The position numbers were made by a program, and so were the translations under genes. From positions 1 to 45,378 of the forward strand of contig DAOVSH010000003.1 of the NCBI GenBank assembly GCA_030633565.1: 45,378 nt of DNA, given 5' to 3'. Source of the stretch: Candidatus Cloacimonadota bacterium (GTDB taxonomy: Bacteria; Hydrothermota; E44-bin80). Numbering within the stretch: position 1 is the stretch's first letter; each line of letters begins with the position of its first letter. The notes below the pieces were generated by a model that was not told the DNA's origin, searched no databases, and saw only the letters and a program-made list of their open reading frames with translations. This document shows positions 7,482 through 16,348 of this stretch, in pieces.

Positions 7482-8810
7482 ATGAAAGGCATATCAAGGC
7501 GTAATTTTTTAAGATATCTTGGTATTGGGTCTCTTGGGTTTCTTGCAAGGCCCTTGTTCCCATTTGCCCCAAAGGGACGTGGTTTTCGTGCCAGTGATGT
7601 TGTACAGTGTTTTGACGAGAATGCAACTACTGGAAATACAATAAATGAGTCGGTTGTGCAAATAATGATGGACGAATCAATAAAAACATTAACAGGAATA
7701 AGTAATGTTGGGGATGCATGGAAATCTATTCTTCCTGATATTAATGAAAATTGTATAATCAGTATAAAGGTGAATTGTATAAACTATGAGGTATCTACGC
7801 ATCCAGAGTTTGTAAATTGCATTATCAATGGTCTTACACAGATGGAATTTGGTAGTGTGAATTACAAAAGAAATAATATTATTATCTGGGACAGATTCGA
7901 TGATGAATTATCAGATGCTGGTTATGCAATATACGATGGAAATGATCCGAATACAGTACGCTGTTTTGGTTCAAACCATTCTGGTGTTGGTTATGATGCT
8001 ACATGTCCTCTACATATAAATGGTCCAGCTGGAACAATTACCAAATATCCAAGCCGGATTATGAGTCTGATGAGCGATTATGTTATTGATGCATGTGTCT
8101 TAAAGGATCATGATTGGGCTTATATAACTCTATCACTGAAAAATCATTATGGTTCAATAGATCAACCTATTGATTATAATTTACATTATAATCATTGTAA
8201 TCCGTGTGTCCCTTCATTAAATCAGCAAATTCGAGATGTTATAAATCCAAATAATATACAGAAGATTTTTATCGTTGATGCTCTATTTGACAGAATTGAG
8301 TGGGGACCTATGGGTTCGCCTAATTGTAACCCTAAAAAACTTATAATGAGCCTTGATACAGTTGCCTGTGATTACCACGGTCAGAATGTAATAAATGAAG
8401 AGCGTGTTGACCAGGGATATTCTACAATAAATGCACCTTACATCACAACAGCCGCACAGTCACCATACAACCTTGGCACAACTGATATTAACCTTATTGA
8501 GATAGTCAATCCATCTGGTATTGAGGAATCAAAGACAATCATACCTGCAGATGGAACATTGAAGGTTTCACCGAATCCATTCAGCAATAAGACAGTGATT
8601 ACATTTACCTTACCCCATGTATCAGCTGTACATCTTGATTTGGTAGATACTTCCGGAAGGATTGCATCAAGTATCTATTCGGGACAACTTACCACTGGTA
8701 CCCATAAGATAGATTACAATGTTACAAAGAAGTTGTCAGCAGGTACTTACTTTATAAGATTATACAGTTGTGGTAAGACCCGAATAAAAAAGGTAACTTT
8801 AGTAAAGTAG
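7482..8810 (+). CDS. DUF362 domain protein with Tat signal and T9SS type A/FlgD-like C-terminal domain (paralog 2)
   Basis: AGGAGG RBS; SRRNFLR; IKVNC, LKDH, TLSLKNHYG, WGPMG; tail PNPF...VDTSGR...AGTYFIRL. Confidence 0.9.
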   Translation: MKGISRRNFLRYLGIGSLGFLARPLFPFAPKGRGFRASDVVQCFDENATTGNTINESVVQIMMDESIKTLTGISNVGDAWKSILPDINENCIISIKVNCINYEVSTHPEFVNCIINGLTQMEFGSVNYKRNNIIIWDRFDDELSDAGYAIYDGNDPNTVRCFGSNHSGVGYDATCPLHINGPAGTITKYPSRIMSLMSDYVIDACVLKDHDWAYITLSLKNHYGSIDQPIDYNLHYNHCNPCVPSLNQQIRDVINPNNIQKIFIVDALFDRIEWGPMGSPNCNPKKLIMSLDTVACDYHGQNVINEERVDQGYSTINAPYITTAAQSPYNLGTTDINLIEIVNPSGIEESKTIIPADGTLKVSPNPFSNKTVITFTLPHVSAVHLDLVDTSGRIASSIYSGQLTTGTHKIDYNVTKKLSAGTYFIRLYSCGKTRIKKVTLVK

Positions 8811-8815
8811 GAGGA

Positions 8816-9373
8816 ATGATGAGAAAGTTGTTGATTCTGTCACTGGTTTTTTTGGTATTATTCTCATGTTCCAAAAAAACAGAAAACGGAGAAACTGAGC
8901 CAAAAGATGTAGTTGATCTCGTACCGCTTGATAACGAAATCAGCGGTTGGTCAAAAACTTCAGCAATGCAAATTGCTGAGAATGATGCACAATTATGGGA
9001 TCTTATTAATGGAGAGGGTCAGGTATATATTGATAATGGTTTTGTTAAATGTGCTTTTCAGACGTATACGGGCAATATTTCAGGACCAGTTGATCTAAAG
9101 TTAAGAATCTTTGATATGGGAGACACAACCAATGCTCAAAATGTCTATGATGAGGTGGCAGTCGGTTCTGAGATTCCGTGGACTGGAGATAATGCAGGGA
9201 AGGAAGCGCGTTATCGGCTCGTTACAGGTATTGTGGTTAACTACTACATACTTGATTTCTGGGATGATAAATTCTATACCTGGATGGAGATTAATGATGA
9301 ATCAGATGCCGCTCTTCGTATAGCAAAACTATTTGCCTTGAATATTTCTCAGGAAATAAGAGCAGAGGATTAA
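8816..9373 (+). CDS. Lipoprotein, DUF6599-like
   Basis: Lipobox LFSC; LWDLINGEGQVYIDNGF and LRIFDMG motifs resemble DUF6599. Confidence 0.75.
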   Translation: MMRKLLILSLVFLVLFSCSKKTENGETEPKDVVDLVPLDNEISGWSKTSAMQIAENDAQLWDLINGEGQVYIDNGFVKCAFQTYTGNISGPVDLKLRIFDMGDTTNAQNVYDEVAVGSEIPWTGDNAGKEARYRLVTGIVVNYYILDFWDDKFYTWMEINDESDAALRIAKLFALNISQEIRAED

Positions 9374-9379
9374 TAAGAG

Positions 9380-10300
9380 TTGGATGATATAACAAGAAGA
9401 GATTTTCTAAAGATCAGTGCGGGAATAGCTGTTGTTTCTTTCCTACCTCAATTTCTTTTCAGTAATGGAAAGGAAAAGGTGTCCGGTCCTGTTATCGGTG
9501 TTGCCCATGGTGATGAATCGAAACTGGTAAAGGCAGCAGTTGACGCAATAGGAGGGATAGGTGCATTCATCAAAGAAGGTGACAGGGTTTGTATTAAACC
9601 AAATATTTCTTTTGCAGCGAATATTGAATGTGGTGCTACGACAAGCCCAGGGATTGTAAAACAGGTAGTTCGTCTTTGCCTTGCTGCCGGTGCATCCAAG
9701 GTTATTATCCTTGATCATACAATCCAGGATCCAAAACTCTGTGTTGAAAAAAGTAGAATTAATGAGGCAATAATCAACAGAAAGAAAGTAAGTCTACTGA
9801 CACTTACCAAGGAGAGACAGTTTGCTGAAATAACTGTCCCAAACGGCGGTGAATTGCAAACCATTAAGGTAGCAAAGGCAATCCAGTCCGCTGATAAACT
9901 TATTAATATTCCGACTGCAAAGTCTCACTCAGCCACAGGTGTTAGCCTTGGAATAAAAAATCTGATGGGATTGGTATGGGATAGAGGGCACCTTCACAGG
10001 CTAAATTTGCACCGGGCAATTGCCGAACTGGCTACGGTGATAATGCCCGATTTGACAATCATTGATGCAACGAGGGCGCTCACAAGCGGTGGTCCGGGTG
10101 GTCCGGGAAAAACAGTTAAACTAAATACTGTTATTGCTGGAACTGATGTAGTCGCAGTTGATTCATATACCGTAGGCATTACCCAGTGGTACGACAAGTC
10201 ATTCACCGGTAACAAGGTAAAGTATATTGTTGAGGCATCAGAGTTGGGGCTTGGTGAGATAGATACCGGTAAAATGAACATAATTAAGGTTGAGGTTTAG
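9380..10300 (+). CDS. Tat-exported DUF362 domain protein (canonical type)
   Basis: TTG start; TRRDFLK; GDRVCIKPN, ATTSP, KSHSATGVSLGIKNLMG, GGPGGPG, DVVAVD. Confidence 0.92.
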   Translation: MDDITRRDFLKISAGIAVVSFLPQFLFSNGKEKVSGPVIGVAHGDESKLVKAAVDAIGGIGAFIKEGDRVCIKPNISFAANIECGATTSPGIVKQVVRLCLAAGASKVIILDHTIQDPKLCVEKSRINEAIINRKKVSLLTLTKERQFAEITVPNGGELQTIKVAKAIQSADKLINIPTAKSHSATGVSLGIKNLMGLVWDRGHLHRLNLHRAIAELATVIMPDLTIIDATRALTSGGPGGPGKTVKLNTVIAGTDVVAVDSYTVGITQWYDKSFTGNKVKYIVEASELGLGEIDTGKMNIIKVEV

Positions 10301-10338
10301 TACTTCCCATAATAATTTTAGTTAAATGCAGAGGATAA

Positions 10339-11847
10339 GTGGCTGCAAAAAAATTTAAAAGACACAGAATAAGAAGATGGATAATTCAAATATTCTTTTT
10401 CGTATTATTCATCTTTTTATTTATTCAAACGAAATACGGTCAGGATGTTATATTCCAAAATCTCTTTTTCAGATTTGACCCGTTAATTCTAATTGTTCTA
10501 AGTATTGCGTACAGGACACTTGTTACATCTGCTCTGGTGTCTCTATTTCTGATTGTTGGAACCTTTATTTTTGGTCGTTTTTTCTGCGGATTCATCTGCC
10601 CGTTGGGAACCACAATCGATATTTTCGATTCATTCATAAAAAGAAAAGAAAAAAAGATATCTCCTAAGAACGGAAAATACTTAATACTTCTTTTTCTTGT
10701 TCTTTCTGCAATTATTGGGAGTTCGTTTGTCCATTTTTTTGATCCGCTTTCTATCCTTGAACGTTCTTTAACACTAATTATTTATCCAGTAATCACATAT
10801 ATAATTGGTATTTTTACCGCATTGACACCTGCAGTCTATACAGAAACGGTTCTTGCACTCATTATATTTGCTATAATTCTTGGGTTGGGTTTTATTACCC
10901 CGCGGTTCTGGTGCAGAAATCTGTGTCCTTTGGGTGGAATGTTAGCAATTATTTCAAAATTCTCATTGTTTAAGGTTACGTTTCTTGAAGGTTGTACAGA
11001 ATGTGGCATATGCGGTAGTGTATGTCCAACTGGAGCGATTGATTTCGAGATGAAGAAAATCGATTCTGCGGAGTGTATTGATTGTCTCAGGTGTCAACAC
11101 GAGTGTCCTCAGAGTGTCATTAGATACAAACTCCATATGTCCTTTGTATCTTTTGATATAAAAAGGAGACATATAATAACTGCAATTGGCACAGGTTTTC
11201 TTGCTGCACCCTTATCAAGGTTTTTAATTCATTCCGACCTGTCAAAAAGATTAATCAGACCTCCGGGGTCAATCCCAGAGCCAGATTTTTTAAATGCCTG
11301 CGTACATTGTGGTATGTGTATGAAAATTTGTCCAACAAATGGACTTCAGCCCTGCCTTTTTGAAGCTGGAGTTAATGGACTGTGGACACCGAGACTCGTT
11401 CCAGTTATTGGTGGTTGTGAAAAAAACTGTAATATGTGCGGGCAGGTATGTCCAACGTCAGCAATAAGAAAACTATCTCTTGAGGAAAAAACGTATGCAA
11501 AAATGGGGTCCGCTGTCATCGACAGAAGCAGGTGTATTGCATGGGAGCAAGATAAGGTCTGTTTAATATGTGATGAAATCTGTCAATACAATGCTATAAG
11601 TTCTCTCAATGAGACAGTACGTGATGTAACAATTCTCAGGCCTTTTGTTGATGAAAGGATATGTACTGGCTGTGGATTATGCGAGTCGCGTTGTCCCATA
11701 GAAGGACCATCAGCGATTCAGGTATATTCTATTGGGGAAGAACGAAAACGTTTTGGATCGTATATAACGGAAGAGAAAAAGAAATTAAGAGAATGCGAGA
11801 AAAAGGTAGAGGATATTCCTTCGGGATTTATAATTGATAACAAGTGA
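10339..11847 (+). CDS. Membrane-bound 4Fe-4S polyferredoxin (NapH/MauN-like fused to NapG/MauM-like)
   Basis: TM helices with GRFFCGFICPLG and RFWCRNLCPLG; multiple CxxCxxCxxxCP motifs; IRPPGS...CVHCGMCMKICP. Confidence 0.93.
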   Translation: MAAKKFKRHRIRRWIIQIFFFVLFIFLFIQTKYGQDVIFQNLFFRFDPLILIVLSIAYRTLVTSALVSLFLIVGTFIFGRFFCGFICPLGTTIDIFDSFIKRKEKKISPKNGKYLILLFLVLSAIIGSSFVHFFDPLSILERSLTLIIYPVITYIIGIFTALTPAVYTETVLALIIFAIILGLGFITPRFWCRNLCPLGGMLAIISKFSLFKVTFLEGCTECGICGSVCPTGAIDFEMKKIDSAECIDCLRCQHECPQSVIRYKLHMSFVSFDIKRRHIITAIGTGFLAAPLSRFLIHSDLSKRLIRPPGSIPEPDFLNACVHCGMCMKICPTNGLQPCLFEAGVNGLWTPRLVPVIGGCEKNCNMCGQVCPTSAIRKLSLEEKTYAKMGSAVIDRSRCIAWEQDKVCLICDEICQYNAISSLNETVRDVTILRPFVDERICTGCGLCESRCPIEGPSAIQVYSIGEERKRFGSYITEEKKKLRECEKKVEDIPSGFIIDNK

Positions 11848-14800
11848 TTGCACTTTTATTTTTTCTCATAAGTTTCCCTCAGAAAGGTATTGATAACCAA
11901 CCAATAATTTATGATGCAATTTCAGATATATATGCATCAGAGTTTGTCTTTTTTTCAACCCAGTATGGAATCTATACGTTTGACCGGAATTCTGAAAAAT
12001 GGGGCAGAATAACCGAGGCTTCAGGGTTACCTGATAACTTAGCAGAAATTATTGGATTTGATGAAGGCATACTATGGGTTGCAACACCTGGTGGGCTTGC
12101 CTCTGCAGATGTACGAATTAACGACTGGCAAACCTATGACCTGACCGGGAAGGTCAAGGGACTTGCCTTCGATGATAAGTATGTATGGGTAGGTGGTGAA
12201 TTTGGCATAAAACGATTTGATAAATATACCGAAATATGGGAAGATATTTCTGATTTAGATATTAATGATGCATTTTTAGAAAAAAATTATATATGGTTTG
12301 CCACTGATTCCGGGATTGTTAGATACAACCTTGAGTTTGAGAAAATAGAAGAGGTGTTAACTGCGCCGAAATCCAATTATACTCACATTATTAATACCCC
12401 TGGTAGGATCTGGTTTCTCTCGCAGGAAACCTTTGCCTCCTATAAAAAAGACATTGAAGGTTGGTCAACATATAAGGCAATTAAAATTAATGATTATTCA
12501 AATCTGGATGATTCACTCTTTGTGGTGAGTGAAGGAAAACTCTACCTTTATGAACCAATAGGGGATAACTGGATTACGTTCAGGGATATTGAAGTACTCC
12601 AGAATGTCAATGGAATTTTTGTGAATGCTCAAAATATCCTGATGGCAACGAATGAAGGACTTATTATATATAACTGGCATGAAAGAAGCAGAAAGTTTTT
12701 TAATCGAAGAAACGGGCTTGAGATAGATTCACTTATTGATGTGTATCAGGATTCTAAATTTATTTTTGTTGTGAGTCGGCATGACATTGAATATCTGGAT
12801 ACACAAACAGAAGCCTGGAATGTGGAAACGTATAAACCTGTTGCACCGAGGAGAGAGAAAATTTTTTATCTGGATGAAGCAGGTGCGCATGCTCGATTAA
12901 TAAAGGATACTGACATAAAACTCCAGGGACGTGTATACTATTCAGAAACCCGTTCAGTTTCAAATTCCATAACTTCGAGATCTGATTATGAGAACATTAA
13001 TCTGAAATTGATCAGTCAACACAGTAGTAACAGGCTTGTTTCGCTATATTATGATGATACAGATAAAGAACAGGTTATGTACGGTTTTGGATACCGAGGT
13101 CTTAATCAGGATTTTTTATATAAATGTAATGGTGGATATCTGGAATCTGAATACTATGAGTTTGGACTTATCCCTCAATTTTCTACTTTTGGTGGAAATA
13201 CAAAGTTGAGATATAAATCACACAGTATGGATTTACAGGGCGGAGTTTTGAAATCTCAGTTGAGAAGTGATTTTTTTACAGGAAGAAAAATTGAGAAAGA
13301 ACTTACCCTGTTCGATACATACTACACGAAGAATGTCTTCTATTACATCTACCCGGTGGAACAAACAATGCAAAAAGGTATTGACACAGTTTTTATTGAT
13401 GATAGGAATTCATCAAATAATAAGATTGATACGAGAGTTGGATATTCAATCGGTGGGATTACCGGGGATTTTGATGTCCTCGTAAATGGTATTGATTATT
13501 TTATAGATTATAATAAAGGGATTATTCATTTTCTCTATCCTCGGAATGATTCAGAAATTATTGTTATATTGCTTAATAGAGATGAGATTGTTATCCAGTC
13601 TGAAACGGTTATGAGAAAAGAATTGGAGAATGTTTATATCATTGGTCCTGATATTGTTCCTAATTCCTTCTCCATGATGATATCAGATACACTTGGTCAA
13701 GTTCATCCCTTAAATGAATTTGGACTTGATAATAATCAAGACAATAAGATAGATGCAGAATTTATCAATCATGATCTGGGATTTTTGTCATTTCCACAGC
13801 CAAGACCGTTCCCTGATGTAGTTTATGACAGTACTCGTCATATTTATACCATGGATATACAATTCATTACTGAGACAGTATTCTTTTATCTTTCAAATAA
13901 ACCAATCCAGATCGGAAGTGAAAACGTATTTGTAGATGGAGAATTAATGACGCGCGGAACACAGTATGTTGTTGATTACACTTCGGGTGTTCTTCTGTTC
14001 CTGCAGGAGGATATCATTTCCGATTTTAGCGAGATTGAAGTTCAGTATTCTTCTGTAGAAAGGGATAGAGAAGATCTTTTTTTCTCGGTCCAGCCAAATT
14101 TTAGATTCGGAAATAACATTAACTTTGCACCCGCTTTTTCCTTTGTTGACGAAGAAAAAATTGTTCATTTCTCAGGGAAAATGCAAACTGGATCTCATGG
14201 TGATAAAGATGTAAAATTAATACCACAGATTGCAATTAATAGTGAAAAAGAATGGGCACAGGCTTATACTCTGATTGCAAAATATAAGATATTAAGCCTT
14301 AATACCGAATACAAAGGTTTTTCAAAATATTTTGAATCGTTCGGAGTAAATGAAAGAAGATATGGAAAATTGAAGCACGGAGGCTCAGCTCTCATTGGTA
14401 TCGAACCAGGATACTATGTAAGATTGGATGGGAAAATCAAAAAGGAGCTCCATATTGATTCTTTAGATACTGAGCATGGTATACTGTACTCCTATTGCAA
14501 AATTAATTATTTGAACCCAGCATTGCCTAATGGTTATATTCTTTTTGGAAAAGACTACCTACCAGATTATGAAAAGGATAAAATTCAAGTTAATGCGAAC
14601 TATAATTTCCAGGTACTGAAGATGAAAATAAAACTAAATTCTGTTTTCAAAAATGTAAACGTGGACTTAGACGAAGAAAATAGGAAAAAAGAATTGGAAT
14701 ATATAATAAATGCAAACTTTGCCTTACCTTTTCCTTTTTCTGGAGATATCTACTTCCGCGGCAATAATTCTTATTATAATAATCTGAAGGAAAGGTATGA

Positions 14801-15683
14801 TGATGAAATTCGCGGAATATTAAACATTGATGTAATACCTGGTCTTTATTATTCGGGAAATTATAATCTTCGTTCGACAACCTATTATATTGATATGTTA
14901 CAGGATCTAACGCTGAAGAATTACTTCTACAACAATCTGAACATTGCGCCAGGACGCTGGTACTCTCAATTGAGTGTTGTGAACTTTTCTTTCGGAGTAG
15001 GTAGAAATTTTGAAGAGTATATCGAAGAGCTCCCTGCTAATTATAAAAAGAAAAGAATAGTAATTAACCCCACCGAAGACGGTTCACTTTCGAGTATCAG
15101 TAACGTCAATAATTATTATGGTTCACTACAATTGTCACCATTTTCCGATATTGTAATATGGGGAAAACGAACCTTGAGTAAGAGTGCAATTTCTTATTAT
15201 TCTCTCTCAGAATTAAAGCCAACAGTTAGAGATGAAATTAAGGTTGAATTTGAACCTGGAAATTTCGGGTTTTTTATTACTTCATGGGATCGTAGAATTG
15301 CAAAAAGCTACCCTGAACATACGGTTCAGAACATATATGGTGAATGGAGTAAACCGTGGTCTGCATTGCTGAGAACAAAGCTGAGTTCCAATTATCATTT
15401 TGATGAAGATAATTATCTGATAGCAAGGATAAATAACTCTGAACTAAAGGGGAATTTAGAAACCCTGTTGAGATTCAGTTCAAAATCATATATGAGGATA
15501 AATATTGGAGGAACCCGTTGGAGAAGTACGTTGAATGAAATTAGCTACTCAATTATTCCTGGAATTGGTTTAAACATGAACCTTTTCGAATTTTTATATT
15601 TACAATTTGATTATGAATCTACAATTCCGTTTGAGGGTTCTTCTACTCACATGATTTCGTCGAAAATAACAGGACAATTTTAA
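11844..15683 (+). CDS. Large outer-membrane protein: N-terminal beta-propeller, SprA-like internal repeats, C-terminal beta-barrel-like region
   Basis: GTGA overlap with the upstream gene; propeller repeats (GLPDN, LWVATPGGL, VWVGGEFGI, IWFATDSGI); LVNGIDYFIDYNKGIIHF and GSENVFVDGELMTRGTQYVVDYTSGVLLF; alternating aromatic beta-strands; terminal Phe (KITGQF). Confidence 0.7.
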   Translation: MIALLFFLISFPQKGIDNQPIIYDAISDIYASEFVFFSTQYGIYTFDRNSEKWGRITEASGLPDNLAEIIGFDEGILWVATPGGLASADVRINDWQTYDLTGKVKGLAFDDKYVWVGGEFGIKRFDKYTEIWEDISDLDINDAFLEKNYIWFATDSGIVRYNLEFEKIEEVLTAPKSNYTHIINTPGRIWFLSQETFASYKKDIEGWSTYKAIKINDYSNLDDSLFVVSEGKLYLYEPIGDNWITFRDIEVLQNVNGIFVNAQNILMATNEGLIIYNWHERSRKFFNRRNGLEIDSLIDVYQDSKFIFVVSRHDIEYLDTQTEAWNVETYKPVAPRREKIFYLDEAGAHARLIKDTDIKLQGRVYYSETRSVSNSITSRSDYENINLKLISQHSSNRLVSLYYDDTDKEQVMYGFGYRGLNQDFLYKCNGGYLESEYYEFGLIPQFSTFGGNTKLRYKSHSMDLQGGVLKSQLRSDFFTGRKIEKELTLFDTYYTKNVFYYIYPVEQTMQKGIDTVFIDDRNSSNNKIDTRVGYSIGGITGDFDVLVNGIDYFIDYNKGIIHFLYPRNDSEIIVILLNRDEIVIQSETVMRKELENVYIIGPDIVPNSFSMMISDTLGQVHPLNEFGLDNNQDNKIDAEFINHDLGFLSFPQPRPFPDVVYDSTRHIYTMDIQFITETVFFYLSNKPIQIGSENVFVDGELMTRGTQYVVDYTSGVLLFLQEDIISDFSEIEVQYSSVERDREDLFFSVQPNFRFGNNINFAPAFSFVDEEKIVHFSGKMQTGSHGDKDVKLIPQIAINSEKEWAQAYTLIAKYKILSLNTEYKGFSKYFESFGVNERRYGKLKHGGSALIGIEPGYYVRLDGKIKKELHIDSLDTEHGILYSYCKINYLNPALPNGYILFGKDYLPDYEKDKIQVNANYNFQVLKMKIKLNSVFKNVNVDLDEENRKKELEYIINANFALPFPFSGDIYFRGNNSYYNNLKERYDDEIRGILNIDVIPGLYYSGNYNLRSTTYYIDMLQDLTLKNYFYNNLNIAPGRWYSQLSVVNFSFGVGRNFEEYIEELPANYKKKRIVINPTEDGSLSSISNVNNYYGSLQLSPFSDIVIWGKRTLSKSAISYYSLSELKPTVRDEIKVEFEPGNFGFFITSWDRRIAKSYPEHTVQNIYGEWSKPWSALLRTKLSSNYHFDEDNYLIARINNSELKGNLETLLRFSSKSYMRINIGGTRWRSTLNEISYSIIPGIGLNMNLFEFLYLQFDYESTIPFEGSSTHMISSKITGQF

Positions 15684-15696
15684 TTTATTCTATGAA

Positions 15697-15725
15697 TTGA
15701 CTTTTGGTTGCCTTTATTGTATGAT
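15697..15725 (+). promoter_or_regulatory. Putative sigma70 promoter
   Basis: TTGACT-N17-TATGAT upstream of the GNAT gene. Confidence 0.65.
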
Positions 15726-15795
15726 GGAAACGATGAAAGTTGATTTCAAAGATATTTGCAAATGATAAATTTAAAATATTAGAAATTGAAATTCT

Positions 15796-16344
15796 ATGAG
15801 GATTGATATTGTTAACCTTACTAAGGAGAATTTAAGTGATGCTCCAGAATGGGATAGTCATCCATTTAGCTGTAAGTATTGCATCTATTGGGAATTTCCT
15901 GACGAGTACGGAGATTCTGTTAAGGGTAAAAGGAGTTATCTACTACAGAAAAAAACTTTATGGCTACAGGACACAAAAAGAATATTTGGAGATTGTGGAA
16001 AGTTGATGTATTTAAATGGAGAACCTATTGGATACGCTCAGTATGCTCCTCCTGAATTTTTACCACGCTCATCGTATTATCATTCAGATCCACCGGATTA
16101 TGATGCTGTGTTAATCTCATGTCTCTTCATACCCAGGAATGAGTTTAGGGGAAAGGGTTTCGGTAGTCAACTGCTTGAAAATATTCTTGTTGAATTAAGA
16201 AAGAGAGGAATAAAGACAGTTGAAACGTTTGCAAGGAAAGGAAATCCTGATAATCCATCAGGACCTGAAGGGTTCTATGTAAAAAACAGCTTCGTTACTA
16301 AAAAAGTTGATTTAGAATTCTCTCTTATGAGGTTGGAATTTTAA
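15796..16344 (+). CDS. GNAT family N-acetyltransferase
   Basis: Acetyl-CoA motif FRGKGFGSQLL; CKYCIYWE; IGYAQYAP. Confidence 0.9.
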   Translation: MRIDIVNLTKENLSDAPEWDSHPFSCKYCIYWEFPDEYGDSVKGKRSYLLQKKTLWLQDTKRIFGDCGKLMYLNGEPIGYAQYAPPEFLPRSSYYHSDPPDYDAVLISCLFIPRNEFRGKGFGSQLLENILVELRKRGIKTVETFARKGNPDNPSGPEGFYVKNSFVTKKVDLEFSLMRLEF

Positions 16345-16348
16345 TTTA

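Noticed and set aside
5806-8810. Paralog pair as template/variable repeats of a diversity-generating retroelement
   Set aside because: No reverse transcriptase in the window; differences are not adenine-specific and both copies are full genes
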